DNA of 63,096 nt from Candidatus Omnitrophota bacterium. GTDB taxonomy: Bacteria; Omnitrophota; Gorgyraeia; Duberdicusellales; 4484-171. This document shows, one piece after another, positions 1 to 8,577 of the stretch; position 1 is the stretch's first letter, and every line of letters begins with the position of its first letter. The stretch is from contig JBDRAN010000032.1 in assembly GCA_043823745.1 (NCBI GenBank), positions 1 through 63,096 of the forward strand. The letters are read 5' to 3'. Below the pieces are notes generated by a model. The model did not search any database. It saw only the letters and a program-made list of their open reading frames with translations, and was not told the DNA's origin. Position numbers and translations under genes: made by a program.

Positions 1-130
1 TGTTGGACTATGGAAATTTTGGGAAACGGCGGGGTATGCCGGAAAAATGCAGTACCCTTTGGTGCGCTATGTTTTTAGCATAACTGCAAACATTGTTTGG
101 GGTTATACAGTTTTGACTTTTCAATCGCAT

Positions 131-165
131 TTTTCCGGTTAGTAAGAAAACCGGTCTTTTCTCCT
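131..165 (+). terminator. weak hairpin plus T-run, possible terminator of an off-window plus-strand gene
   Basis: CCGGTT (135-140) pairs with AACCGG (149-154) and is followed by TCTTTTCT. The stem is only 6 bp. Confidence 0.2.
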
Positions 166-222
166 CGCGGCTCGCTATGTACCAAGCGAGTTGGTTCTGA
201 AGCGTTACGCGATGCGCGCGTG

Positions 223-927
223 CTAGAACGTACCTTTGATCTCTTGCGACAGGATGATTGCCTCGGCGATTTCTTTCATGGAGAGGCGCTTATTCATGCT
301 TGATTTACGCAAAAGGTTATATGCTTCCTCTTCGCTTGCCCCTTTTTCTTTCATGAGGATGCCTTTTGCTTTTTCAATCTTTTTACGCGCCTCCAACTCT
401 TCCTGGACAATTTTTGTCTTAACAAGCAATTCGGTATTCTCGATAGCGACCGCGGCCTGGTCTGCCACTGCGCCTAAAAGGTTTATGTCGCTTTTCGTAA
501 AGCGGTACGGTGTTGTCGTGTAAAGATTAATAACGCCGATAACCTTATTTTTAACCATTAAAGGCGCGCTGAGCATCGCAACAAGGCCTTCTTTCTTGGC
601 AAGTATCTTTTCCTTGTAGGATTCATCCTGTGAAACATCGGCGATGGCAACAGGCTTTTTTTCCTTTGCGACAAGCCCGACAATGCCTTCCCCTACCTTG
701 AGCGACCGCTCTTTAAGATAATCGGTGCTCATTGCCTGCGTCGCTCTGATGCGTAATTCCTGCGATTTTTCATCAAGGAGCCAGAGCGAACAGATTTTTG
801 CTTTCATGGTGTTGGCGGTGAGCGTGACGATGAGTTTGAGCATATCCCCTAAATACAGGTCAGAGGTTATTGCTTTTGAGATTTTACTTAAGGTGTCGAG
901 GTATTCTTTATAGGATGTTTTTTTCAT
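223..927 (-). CDS. GAF + ANTAR domain RNA-binding regulator
   Basis: 234 aa ORF. It has a GAF-like N-terminal part (GEGIVGLVA...VIGVINLYT) and an ANTAR-like C-terminus (IEKAKGILMKEKGASEEEAYNLLRKSSMNKRLSMKEIAEAII). Confidence 0.8.
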   Translation of the reverse strand: MKKTSYKEYLDTLSKISKAITSDLYLGDMLKLIVTLTANTMKAKICSLWLLDEKSQELRIRATQAMSTDYLKERSLKVGEGIVGLVAKEKKPVAIADVSQDESYKEKILAKKEGLVAMLSAPLMVKNKVIGVINLYTTTPYRFTKSDINLLGAVADQAAVAIENTELLVKTKIVQEELEARKKIEKAKGILMKEKGASEEEAYNLLRKSSMNKRLSMKEIAEAIILSQEIKGTF

Positions 928-1076
928 GGTTTACGCTATCCTGTTTGTGTCTCATCGCTACAAAAACGGATAGACCCGAGTGGTTGCGCGGTTATGGCGC
1001 TTGAGGCGTTATTGTATCATGTTTCCGGGGAAATTCAACTGCAAGGTACGTAAGGGCCTGGAGTGGTTGTGCTGCC

Positions 1077-1101
1077 GACAGAGAGGGTTTCCCTCTCTGT
1101 C
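1077..1101 (-). terminator. perfect 11-bp GC-rich hairpin 16 nt after the anti-sigma/VWA stop, with no U-tract
   Basis: GACAGAGAGGG-TTT-CCCTCTCTGTC. It sits just downstream of the stop codon at 1117-1119, and no T-run follows on either strand. Confidence 0.35.
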
Positions 1102-1116
1102 AGAGCCCATTGAGGA

Positions 1117-3174
1117 TCAATTTTTTGCTTCTTCATCGAAAATCCTGGCAGTGTCTACAATTCTTATGAATTCCGCTCGATACCCGTCATGATCGTTTCC
1201 GGTTGCAAGCCGTGCGCGGCGTAGCAACCCTTCATAGGAAGCAGTGCCCTTGTGGGGTGAGTTACGCAGGATCAGTCCAAATTCAGCTACCGCACTTGCA
1301 AATTGAAGGTTTTCGGAGGCTTCCTTCTCGGTAGCACCCGTTTCTTTAAGTTCCTTGACCAGGAGCTTGCTTTCAGTTGCATTTGGTTCTTTGTAGCGGA
1401 ACTTGATAGTCATGATATCGGTGCTGGGTTTAACCGTTACATCCTGATAGCGTAAGGGATCGATCGTTGCGAACTCTTCGGTTGAGTCAGCCGGCACTAT
1501 CTCGTAAAGCGCAGTTACCGAATGCCCGGCCCCAAGTTCTCCGGCGTCCTTTTTGTCATTGTTGAAGTCTTCTTTGCTGAGTATCCGGTTTTCGTATCCG
1601 ATGAGCCGGTAGGCTTTAACCTTTTGCGGATTAAACTCTATCTGGATTTTAACGTCTTTTGCGATGGTGAGAATGGTCGCCCCGATCTGCTTCACGAACA
1701 CTTTCCTTGCCTCCAGAATGTTGTCGATGTAGGCGTAATTACCGTTCCCTTTATCGGCAAGGATTTCCATTTTAGAGTCCTTATAGTTACCGGTTCCAAA
1801 GCCGGCAACGGTAAGAAAAATCCCTTTTTCTTTTTCCTTTTCGATAAGTCGTTCCATCTCTGCGTCGCTGGAGGCGCCGACGTTAAAATCGCCGTCCGTT
1901 GCCAGTATGACCCGATTGTTTCCTGTTTTGATGAAATTACGTTCGGCTATGGCGTAGGCAAGCTTGATCCCCGCACCACCTGCAGTAGAGCCGCCTGCGC
2001 GTAATTGTTCAAGAGCGGCTAAAATCGTCTCTTTATGGTCTCCGGGCGTTGAGTCAAGCACAAGGCCCGCAGCTCCCGCATAGACCACGATGGCAACTCG
2101 GTCTTGGGGGCGTAATTGTTTTACCAGAAGCTTCAGTGCCGATTGCACCAGGGGTAATTTACGCGCCTCATCCATTGAGCCTGATACGTCGACCAGGAAC
2201 ACCAGATTACTGGGAGGCAGCTTTTGAGTTTCGATTCTTTCCCCCTGCAAGCCGACCAGAACCAGGCGATGCGAAGCGTTCCAGGGGCAGTATGAAATTT
2301 CCGTCGTGATAGAAAAGGGTGTCCCGTCAACGGGCCCAGGGTAATTGTAGTCAAAATAGTTGATCATTTCTTCGATACGCACTGCATCAGGAGGCGGAAG
2401 CCTGCCCTCATTGATAAACCTGCGCACATTGCTGTAGGAAGCAGTATCAACATCAATAGACAAGGTAGAGAGGGGATTTTCTTTAACTTCGAGAAAATCA
2501 TTCTCTCGAACGCGATTATAACCTTCGGTGTTAAACTCTTCCCCTTCCTCGGCAAGGGTTCCGGCTCCGTAGCTTTTAAAAGGCATAACTTCTTCCTCGA
2601 GACGGTAAGCGCCCGGTGAGTATTGGTCACCGATGTTATCGCCGACGCTTTGAAGTTTTCCGACAAAACCAAAGCTATTAAGGAAATTTACTTGGGCTTC
2701 CTCCCGGATAATTGTCATGGCATCTTTGCCAAGTTCAAGCGATTGAGCAGGCGGCGGCTGTTGTGTCACAGGGCCTCTTTGTGTATTCTGTTGTTCTGCT
2801 TTTTCGCTCGCTGTTCTTGGCTGGCTCTGCGGTTGCGTTCGATGCATGTAGACTTGTCCTGCCAGGATAAACACCAAAAGGGTGGCCAAAGCCCCGGACG
2901 TGAGCCCGACAAATAATTTTGTCTTCTTCATTGTCCCCCCTTTTACGTTCTGGCTTAATAATTTCTGGCGTATCTGCTGCTCCAGGTCGCTGGATACGTC
3001 TTCGTTCTCCCATTCTTGTATGGTTGCAGAAACTTTTTGGAGTTTCTGATAGTATTTCCGGCAGCGGCTGCATGCGGCTAGATGTGTCTCGACCAGGTTC
3101 TTTTCTTCTCGCGTCACCTCAGAATCGATGTAAGCGGAAATCAGCTTTTTTATTTTTAAATGTATAAACATCAT
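1117..3174 (-). CDS. membrane anti-sigma factor (zf-HC2) fused to an extracytoplasmic von Willebrand factor A (YfbK-like) domain
   Basis: The N-terminus carries HLAACSRCRKY (H-x3-C-x2-C), followed by one TM helix (LFVGLTSGALATLLVFILAG). The VWA MIDAS-like motif is VFLVDVSGSM...ATDGDFN. The start overlaps the sigma gene stop (ATGA). Confidence 0.8.
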   Translation of the reverse strand: MMFIHLKIKKLISAYIDSEVTREEKNLVETHLAACSRCRKYYQKLQKVSATIQEWENEDVSSDLEQQIRQKLLSQNVKGGTMKKTKLFVGLTSGALATLLVFILAGQVYMHRTQPQSQPRTASEKAEQQNTQRGPVTQQPPPAQSLELGKDAMTIIREEAQVNFLNSFGFVGKLQSVGDNIGDQYSPGAYRLEEEVMPFKSYGAGTLAEEGEEFNTEGYNRVRENDFLEVKENPLSTLSIDVDTASYSNVRRFINEGRLPPPDAVRIEEMINYFDYNYPGPVDGTPFSITTEISYCPWNASHRLVLVGLQGERIETQKLPPSNLVFLVDVSGSMDEARKLPLVQSALKLLVKQLRPQDRVAIVVYAGAAGLVLDSTPGDHKETILAALEQLRAGGSTAGGAGIKLAYAIAERNFIKTGNNRVILATDGDFNVGASSDAEMERLIEKEKEKGIFLTVAGFGTGNYKDSKMEILADKGNGNYAYIDNILEARKVFVKQIGATILTIAKDVKIQIEFNPQKVKAYRLIGYENRILSKEDFNNDKKDAGELGAGHSVTALYEIVPADSTEEFATIDPLRYQDVTVKPSTDIMTIKFRYKEPNATESKLLVKELKETGATEKEASENLQFASAVAEFGLILRNSPHKGTASYEGLLRRARLATGNDHDGYRAEFIRIVDTARIFDEEAKN

Positions 3175-3758
3175 TGTGCCTCCGCAATCAGGGCCGCTAG
3201 GCTATTTTTAAGTTTCTCGCGCGCCCTGAAAATAAGTACTTTTACTCGCGCCAGGGAGCAGTTCATTACGTTCGCGATCTCTTCATACGGTAAGCTCTGG
3301 TATTCGCGTAAGATAATCGCTTCCCGCAGCGGGAGGGGGAGCCGGTTGATTGCCGCCTGAATCCTGGCGGCGCGCTCGCGGGTATGCGCCTGTTCCCGGC
3401 TATCAGGCCGTGGATCGGGTATGACGAGCTCTTCGTATCCGGCCGAGTCTTTATCGCATTTAAAAAAGAGTGAAATAATATTTTTCTTTTTACGTAACCG
3501 GTCAACGCAGATATTATGCGTTATGGTATAAAACCAGGTTGAGAACGTATATCCGTCTTTATAGGTTTCTTTTTTTGCGCTGAGGGTGTAAAAGGCCTCG
3601 GCAACCGCGTCTTCGGCGTCCGCGCGGTTACGAAGAAGCCGCAAAGAATAGTTAAAGATCGGTTTTTTGTACCGTACAAAGAGTTCCTCGAGAGCCGTAG
3701 CCTGTCCAATTTTATACTCTATCATAAGTGCCTCGTCTGGCTTCATATCTGCTTGCAT
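3171..3758 (-). CDS. ECF-type RNA polymerase sigma-70 family factor
   Basis: 195 aa. Region 2-like segment: FSTWFYTITHNICVDRLRK. Region 4 HTH: LPYEEIANVMNCSLARVKVLIFRAREKL. It is translationally coupled to the anti-sigma gene. Confidence 0.85.
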   Translation of the reverse strand: MQADMKPDEALMIEYKIGQATALEELFVRYKKPIFNYSLRLLRNRADAEDAVAEAFYTLSAKKETYKDGYTFSTWFYTITHNICVDRLRKKKNIISLFFKCDKDSAGYEELVIPDPRPDSREQAHTRERAARIQAAINRLPLPLREAIILREYQSLPYEEIANVMNCSLARVKVLIFRAREKLKNSLAALIAEAQ

Positions 3759-3797
3759 AGTGTTATACGGATTGGGGTGGGAGAAAGTTACATAAAA

Positions 3798-3844
3798 AAC
3801 ACGAATTACCGAGAATTTGGGTAAAACGCGAATTAACGCGAATA
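3798..3844 (-). promoter_or_regulatory. three copies of a 10-mer (AACRCGAATT on the plus strand) upstream of the ECF sigma gene
   Basis: AACACGAATT at 3798-3807, then tandem AACGCGAATT at 3825-3834 and AACGCGAATA at 3835-3844. These lie 40-86 nt upstream of the ATG at 3758. Confidence 0.3.
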
Positions 3845-3847
3845 ATA

Positions 3848-5857
3848 TTAGCTTTCGAGGAGCTTCATAAACTCGTTTTCGTCAATAATGGTCAGATTCA
3901 GGGCTGTGGCCTTAGCGAGTTTTGAGCCGGGACCGGCGCCAATAACTACAAAATCAACGTTTTTACTGATACTTCCGACCCATTGAGCGCCCAAGCTTTC
4001 TACTGTCTTTTGTGCCGCATTACGGGAGAAATTTTGGAGTTCCCCGGTAAAAATAAAGGTTTTACCGCTGATAGCGCTCTTTTTGACTACCCGTTCTTTT
4101 TCGGTCAGCAGGAGGTTGTGTTTTTTAAACTCCGCGATCATCTTTTTGACATGAGCGGTTTTAAAAAAGTTTACCAGGGATGCCGCCATGACCGGGCCGA
4201 TTTCCGGGGTTTCCTGGAGGGTTTTTTGAGTTACGTTCAATAATGCGTCAATTGTCCTGAAACGCCCGGCAAGCATCAGTGCTGCTTTTTCTCCGATGTG
4301 GCGTATTCCCAAACCAAATAAAAAGCGGCCCAGGCCCCGGGACTTGCTTTCTTCTATCGCGTTAATAATGTTGTCGGCTTTTTTTTGCGCAAAAAGCGGT
4401 AGCGCGAGCACGTCTTCTTTCTTGAGGCGATACATATCCACAAGCGAGGTAACCAATGTCCGGTTAACCAATTCATCCACAAGGCTCTCCCCCATCCCTT
4501 CGATATCCATGGCAGGGCGGCTGGCAAAATGCAGGAGTGTTCTTTTTAAGCGCGCCGGGCAATCGGGATTGGCGCAATACCAGTAAACTTCCTCTTCCTT
4601 TTCTTTAATAATTTTTTCTTTGCATTCAGGGCATACATGAGGAACTTTTATTTTTTTCTCATGGCCGGTGCGTTTTGTAGTTATGACTTTCAAAATTTTA
4701 GGGATAACTTCGCCGGCGCGTTCAATGAGAACCGTATCGCCCTCGCGTACATCAAGGCGTTCGATTTCATCGAAGTTATGGAGCGTTGAGCGAGAAATCG
4801 TAACACCCGCGCATTCAACCGGCGCAAGATCCGCTACCGGAGTAATAATGCCGGTTCTCCCTACGCCAAAGGTGATTGAGGTAACGGTTGTGGTTGCCTG
4901 GTGCGCCGGAAATTTGTACGCTACTGCCCAGCGCGGAGATTTCATGGTTGCTCCCAGCGTCTGGCGTAGGCGATAGTTATTTACCTTAATGACTACGCCG
5001 TCGATTTCATAGGCGAGTGTATCGCGTTTCTCCTGCCACGCGTGGCAGAAGGTGATAGCTTCCGTGAGGTTCTTACAGTGGGTGTTATGCGGATTGGTGC
5101 GCAGTCCCAGTTTGTTTATTTTTTTAAGGAATTCCCGGTGGTCTCGAATGTCAAAATTTTTTGTCCACCCGAATGAATGGATATAATATTGAAGGTTACG
5201 CTGGGCAACAATGCGCGGGTCAAGGAGTTTTAGGCTGCCACTGGTGGCATTGCGGGGGTTAGCGAATGCAGGCTCATCACACTCGGCACGTGCACGGTTA
5301 ATGAGAGCAAGTTCCCTTTTTTCCATATAGATTTCCCCGCGTACCTCAAGAGCCTCAGGAGTCGATGCAACACGCAGCAGGAGGGGTAGGCCGGCAATGG
5401 TCCTTATGTTGGCGGTAACATCTTCGCCGGTTTCTCCATCCCCGCGTGTCGCGCCTACGGTAAGTTTTCCCCGTTCATAGGTAAACGCGCAGCTGACACC
5501 GTCAACTTTTAACTCTACGATATAATCAAGATTTGTATTTTTTGGCAGCATACGCAGAATCTTATCTTCCCAATCGTGCAGCTCTTCGATTGAATAGGTG
5601 TTATCCAGGGACAGCATTTTTACGTTATGCGATACGGTAGAAAAACCTTTAAGCAACCCTCCTGAGACCCGCTGGGTCGGTGAATCGGCGGTTTTATAGC
5701 GCGGGTACTGTTCCTCGAGTGTTTTTAGGCGCTCCATCAAAACATCATATTCTTTATCGGAGATTTCAGGGTCGCTTAAGACATAATAGCGGTAGTCAGC
5801 ATCCCTGATAGTCTGCCGCAGGTGTTCAATTTCTTTTTTGATATCTGAGTGGTCCAT
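3848..5857 (-). CDS. ligA: NAD-dependent DNA ligase
   Basis: 669 aa. It has the adenylation motif ELKVDG, the Zn finger CPECKEK...CANPDCPA and a C-terminal BRCT-like segment GKTFIFTGEL. Confidence 0.95.
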   Translation of the reverse strand: MDHSDIKKEIEHLRQTIRDADYRYYVLSDPEISDKEYDVLMERLKTLEEQYPRYKTADSPTQRVSGGLLKGFSTVSHNVKMLSLDNTYSIEELHDWEDKILRMLPKNTNLDYIVELKVDGVSCAFTYERGKLTVGATRGDGETGEDVTANIRTIAGLPLLLRVASTPEALEVRGEIYMEKRELALINRARAECDEPAFANPRNATSGSLKLLDPRIVAQRNLQYYIHSFGWTKNFDIRDHREFLKKINKLGLRTNPHNTHCKNLTEAITFCHAWQEKRDTLAYEIDGVVIKVNNYRLRQTLGATMKSPRWAVAYKFPAHQATTTVTSITFGVGRTGIITPVADLAPVECAGVTISRSTLHNFDEIERLDVREGDTVLIERAGEVIPKILKVITTKRTGHEKKIKVPHVCPECKEKIIKEKEEEVYWYCANPDCPARLKRTLLHFASRPAMDIEGMGESLVDELVNRTLVTSLVDMYRLKKEDVLALPLFAQKKADNIINAIEESKSRGLGRFLFGLGIRHIGEKAALMLAGRFRTIDALLNVTQKTLQETPEIGPVMAASLVNFFKTAHVKKMIAEFKKHNLLLTEKERVVKKSAISGKTFIFTGELQNFSRNAAQKTVESLGAQWVGSISKNVDFVVIGAGPGSKLAKATALNLTIIDENEFMKLLES

Positions 5858-5862
5858 GGGAT

Positions 5863-6318
5863 TTATTTTTTAGCAGCGATAAGTTCCTGGGCGATCAGGG
5901 TTCCTTGTGGTTTTGATTTAATATAGACCCGGTAGCGCTTCTTGTTGCCGCTGGCGTATTCCGACGGATAGACCTGAAACGATAGCGCAGGGCTGTGAAC
6001 CGCGGCGCGAAACAGGTCTCTCTTGAAAGACCCTTTTGTATATGCAAGGATCTTGAATGTGACGCAATATCGCAGATCAGGATGGTTTTCTACGGCATCA
6101 ACCGTGGTTTCGCGGGAAATAATCTCGGTATGTATGAGGGCACCTTCGAAAATCAAATCAGCTTCCCTGGTGTAGATGCCGCGACGTACCGGATCAAGCT
6201 CGATGGTTGCGTTTTGTGAACTACAGGCTACGCACGCGGTTAGGATGATCAGTATAGTTATTTTTCTCATGGATATTCGCTTTAAGATTTCGCCGGGAAA
6301 ATGCCTTTTCCTTAACAT
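5863..6318 (-). CDS. hypothetical lipoprotein (probable start at 6270)
   Basis: An internal Met gives MRKITILIILTACVAC with lipobox LTAC. The stop is 5 nt before the ligA start. No family was recognised. Confidence 0.55.
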   Translation of the reverse strand: MLRKRHFPGEILKRISMRKITILIILTACVACSSQNATIELDPVRRGIYTREADLIFEGALIHTEIISRETTVDAVENHPDLRYCVTFKILAYTKGSFKRDLFRAAVHSPALSFQVYPSEYASGNKKRYRVYIKSKPQGTLIAQELIAAKK

Positions 6319-6540
6319 ATGTTATATCTGTCGTGTATGCTTTACGATGTGTGCTCGCGTTTTACCCCTATTTGGTTTTCGGCATTTTTCCCGGTAACCT
6401 CGCCGTACTCTAAACTTTATCTTTTAATAGTAAAGAAGCGTACAAGGTAAAGTTTAGCCCCACAGGGCGTCCTGGTGGACAGCGGCGACCCATAGGGCAA
6501 AAAAATACACGTTTTGCAGTCCCGTTGTTCTAGAATAATA

Positions 6541-6571
6541 TATTAAGGTGCGGGACGCCCCGAACCTTAAT
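6541..6571 (-). terminator. candidate intrinsic terminator after the metallophosphoesterase gene
   Basis: On the minus strand TATTAAGGT-T-CGGG-GCGT-CCCG-C-ACCTTAATA is followed by TATTATTCT. It begins about 35 nt after the stop at 6608. Confidence 0.4.
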
Positions 6572-6607
6572 ACTTAAATAGAGGAAACGGGACAGACATT
6601 TTTTGGG

Positions 6608-7333
6608 TTAACAGCCGATCGATAGGCGTGATGCAAACATCGCCGGCAACCCATTATCAATGATTTTTTGAGCCGCAGCCTGTATATTATACTCAAGCCG
6701 CGTAAAGGTTACTACGTTGGAATCGGTATCGTAAATGCAGGCGCACGAACGCGGATTCCGATCTCGCGGTTGCCCCACACTGCCGACGTTAATGATATAG
6801 CGTGCGTCCGGTTCCAGGGGAATTGTCTGGTCAAAAATATAAGAGACTACTTTGTTTTTTAGGCAATACCCTTCCATCTTATGCGAATGGCCCATAAAAA
6901 ATATACGTTCCTTAAAAAGCGGAAAAATGAGCGTTGCTTCAGCGATGCCCCAGATATAATTAAACTTCTCGGGGTTATTGAGGCTTCCGTGGCTGCAGAT
7001 AAATTCTTTTTCCTGATGGGTAAGAGGGAAACTGGCGAGGTAGCACCGATCGTCCCGCGAGAGCTGCTCTCTGGTCCAGACCATTGCTGCCCGGGCATGG
7101 GGATTAAAGAAACGAATGTCAAACTTTTCGGTTGCCGCCCAATCATGGTTTCCGCTGATCGCAATCGGGTTAAGATCCATAAGAATCGCCGTTGTCTCTC
7201 GTGGGTTTGCACCGTAACCGACGATGTCCCCCAGGAACACGAATTTATCGATCGGTTCGTTGCGATAATATTCGCAGACGACGAGGAATGCTTCAAGATT
7301 AGCGTGAACATCGGAAAAAATTGCGTATCGCAT
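6608..7333 (-). CDS. metallophosphoesterase family protein (YfcE/MPP-like)
   Basis: Motifs present: SDVHAN, GDIVGYG, GNHD and GHSH. Confidence 0.8.
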   Translation of the reverse strand: MRYAIFSDVHANLEAFLVVCEYYRNEPIDKFVFLGDIVGYGANPRETTAILMDLNPIAISGNHDWAATEKFDIRFFNPHARAAMVWTREQLSRDDRCYLASFPLTHQEKEFICSHGSLNNPEKFNYIWGIAEATLIFPLFKERIFFMGHSHKMEGYCLKNKVVSYIFDQTIPLEPDARYIINVGSVGQPRDRNPRSCACIYDTDSNVVTFTRLEYNIQAAAQKIIDNGLPAMFASRLSIGC

Positions 7334-7368
7334 ACTATGAGTACCTGGTAATCGGGGTTTCTGAAATA

Positions 7369-7641
7369 CTAAAAAATAATTCTAAAATCCGTGCAGGTTT
7401 CATCAGCCGTACATTCCTTGGTTTCGGTATCGTGCACGTATCCCTTAAACTCTTGGTCAATATCGTTCAGAAAAGCTTCCAGTATTTTAGACTCCCCGTG
7501 GATATAAAGCTGGACTCCTCCGCCAGGGCAGTTTTTAACCCAACCGCACACGTTATGTTTTAGTGCAAGCGCCCGCGTGGTATAACGAAAGCCAACCCCC
7601 TGCACCTGGCCGGTATAAAATATATGATAGCATTTTTGCAT
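7369..7641 (-). CDS. acyP: acylphosphatase
   Basis: 90 aa. Carries VQGVGFRYTT and the GWVKN signature. Confidence 0.85.
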   Translation of the reverse strand: MQKCYHIFYTGQVQGVGFRYTTRALALKHNVCGWVKNCPGGGVQLYIHGESKILEAFLNDIDQEFKGYVHDTETKECTADETCTDFRIIF

Positions 7642-7647
7642 AGAGTT

Positions 7648-8577
7648 TTAAATCAGGGTGTCGCCCGGCGCTATAGGGTGGCCCAAGGTAAAGGCATAGG
7701 CGTCCATTTCTTTTTTTCCTTGGGGCTTGAGTTTTTTTATACGTACCGTTCCTCGGGCGGTTGCAACATCAATGCCGTTTCTGGTTACCGCGATAATGGT
7801 GGCGGGCGCCTGCCTCAAACTTTCCGGTATAATCTCGACTTCGATAATTTTTATGAGTAGGGTATTAAAAAAAGTGTAAGCGCCGGGCCATCCTGCGGTT
7901 GCGCGGATATGGGCATCTATGCGTGCGGCTTCGTTGTCCCAGCGTATTCTTCCTTCTTCCTTGGAAAACTTCTCCGCATAGGTTGCTTTTGTCTCGTCCT
8001 GAGGAGTGAGTGTATATTGTTTTTTGGCGATCGCATCCATTGCCTCGATGAGCGCCTGAGCGCCTTCCGGCCCCATACGCGCAGTCAACGTACGGACATC
8101 TTCGCCAGGCACGATTGAGACTTTCCGTACACTGATTATTTCACCCGCATCCAGTTTTTCGTTCATTTTAAATATAGCTATTCCCGTTGTGGTATCGCCG
8201 TTTAGTATGGCGCGCGCTATCGGAGCCGCGCCTCGCCAGCGCGGTAAAAGTGACGGGTGAACCGCAAGAGGCATTATTGAGGGGATACGTAATATCTCCG
8301 TGGGTAAGAGTTTTCCATAGTCAGCGACAACGATGATTTCAGGCTTAATCGACGCGATCGTATCGATCGTTTCTTTGTTTTTAAGGGAATGTGGCGTAAC
8401 GAAGGGTAGGTTTGATTCTTGCGCGAACGCCGTCGCCTCCATGGGCGCCAGTTTCATCCCTCGTCCTTGCGCTTTATCGAGCTGACTGACAACCAGGGCC
8501 GGAACGTTTTTTTTGGCGCACAGCGATCCCAAAACACATCGGGAGAAATATCCACTACCAAAGTAAACGAATTTCAT
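7648..8577 (-). CDS. fmt: methionyl-tRNA formyltransferase
   Basis: 309 aa. Carries the HPSLLPRWRGAAPI motif and has the N-terminal formyltransferase fold pattern. Confidence 0.9.
   Translation of the reverse strand: MKFVYFGSGYFSRCVLGSLCAKKNVPALVVSQLDKAQGRGMKLAPMEATAFAQESNLPFVTPHSLKNKETIDTIASIKPEIIVVADYGKLLPTEILRIPSIMPLAVHPSLLPRWRGAAPIARAILNGDTTTGIAIFKMNEKLDAGEIISVRKVSIVPGEDVRTLTARMGPEGAQALIEAMDAIAKKQYTLTPQDETKATYAEKFSKEEGRIRWDNEAARIDAHIRATAGWPGAYTFFNTLLIKIIEVEIIPESLRQAPATIIAVTRNGIDVATARGTVRIKKLKPQGKKEMDAYAFTLGHPIAPGDTLI

Noticed and set aside
97-303. 68-aa plus-strand ORF at the window start
   Set aside because: It overlaps the 3' end of the GAF-ANTAR gene antisense, and it has no ribosome-binding site or recognisable motif.
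6319-6607. Possibility that the structured intergenic region is RNase P RNA, SRP RNA, tmRNA or 6S RNA
   Set aside because: GAGGAAACGGGAC only superficially resembles the RNase P GAGGAAAGUCCGGGC box, and the region is too short. It has no SRP domain IV motif and no tRNA-like tmRNA ends. It is kept only as an unclassified structured leader.
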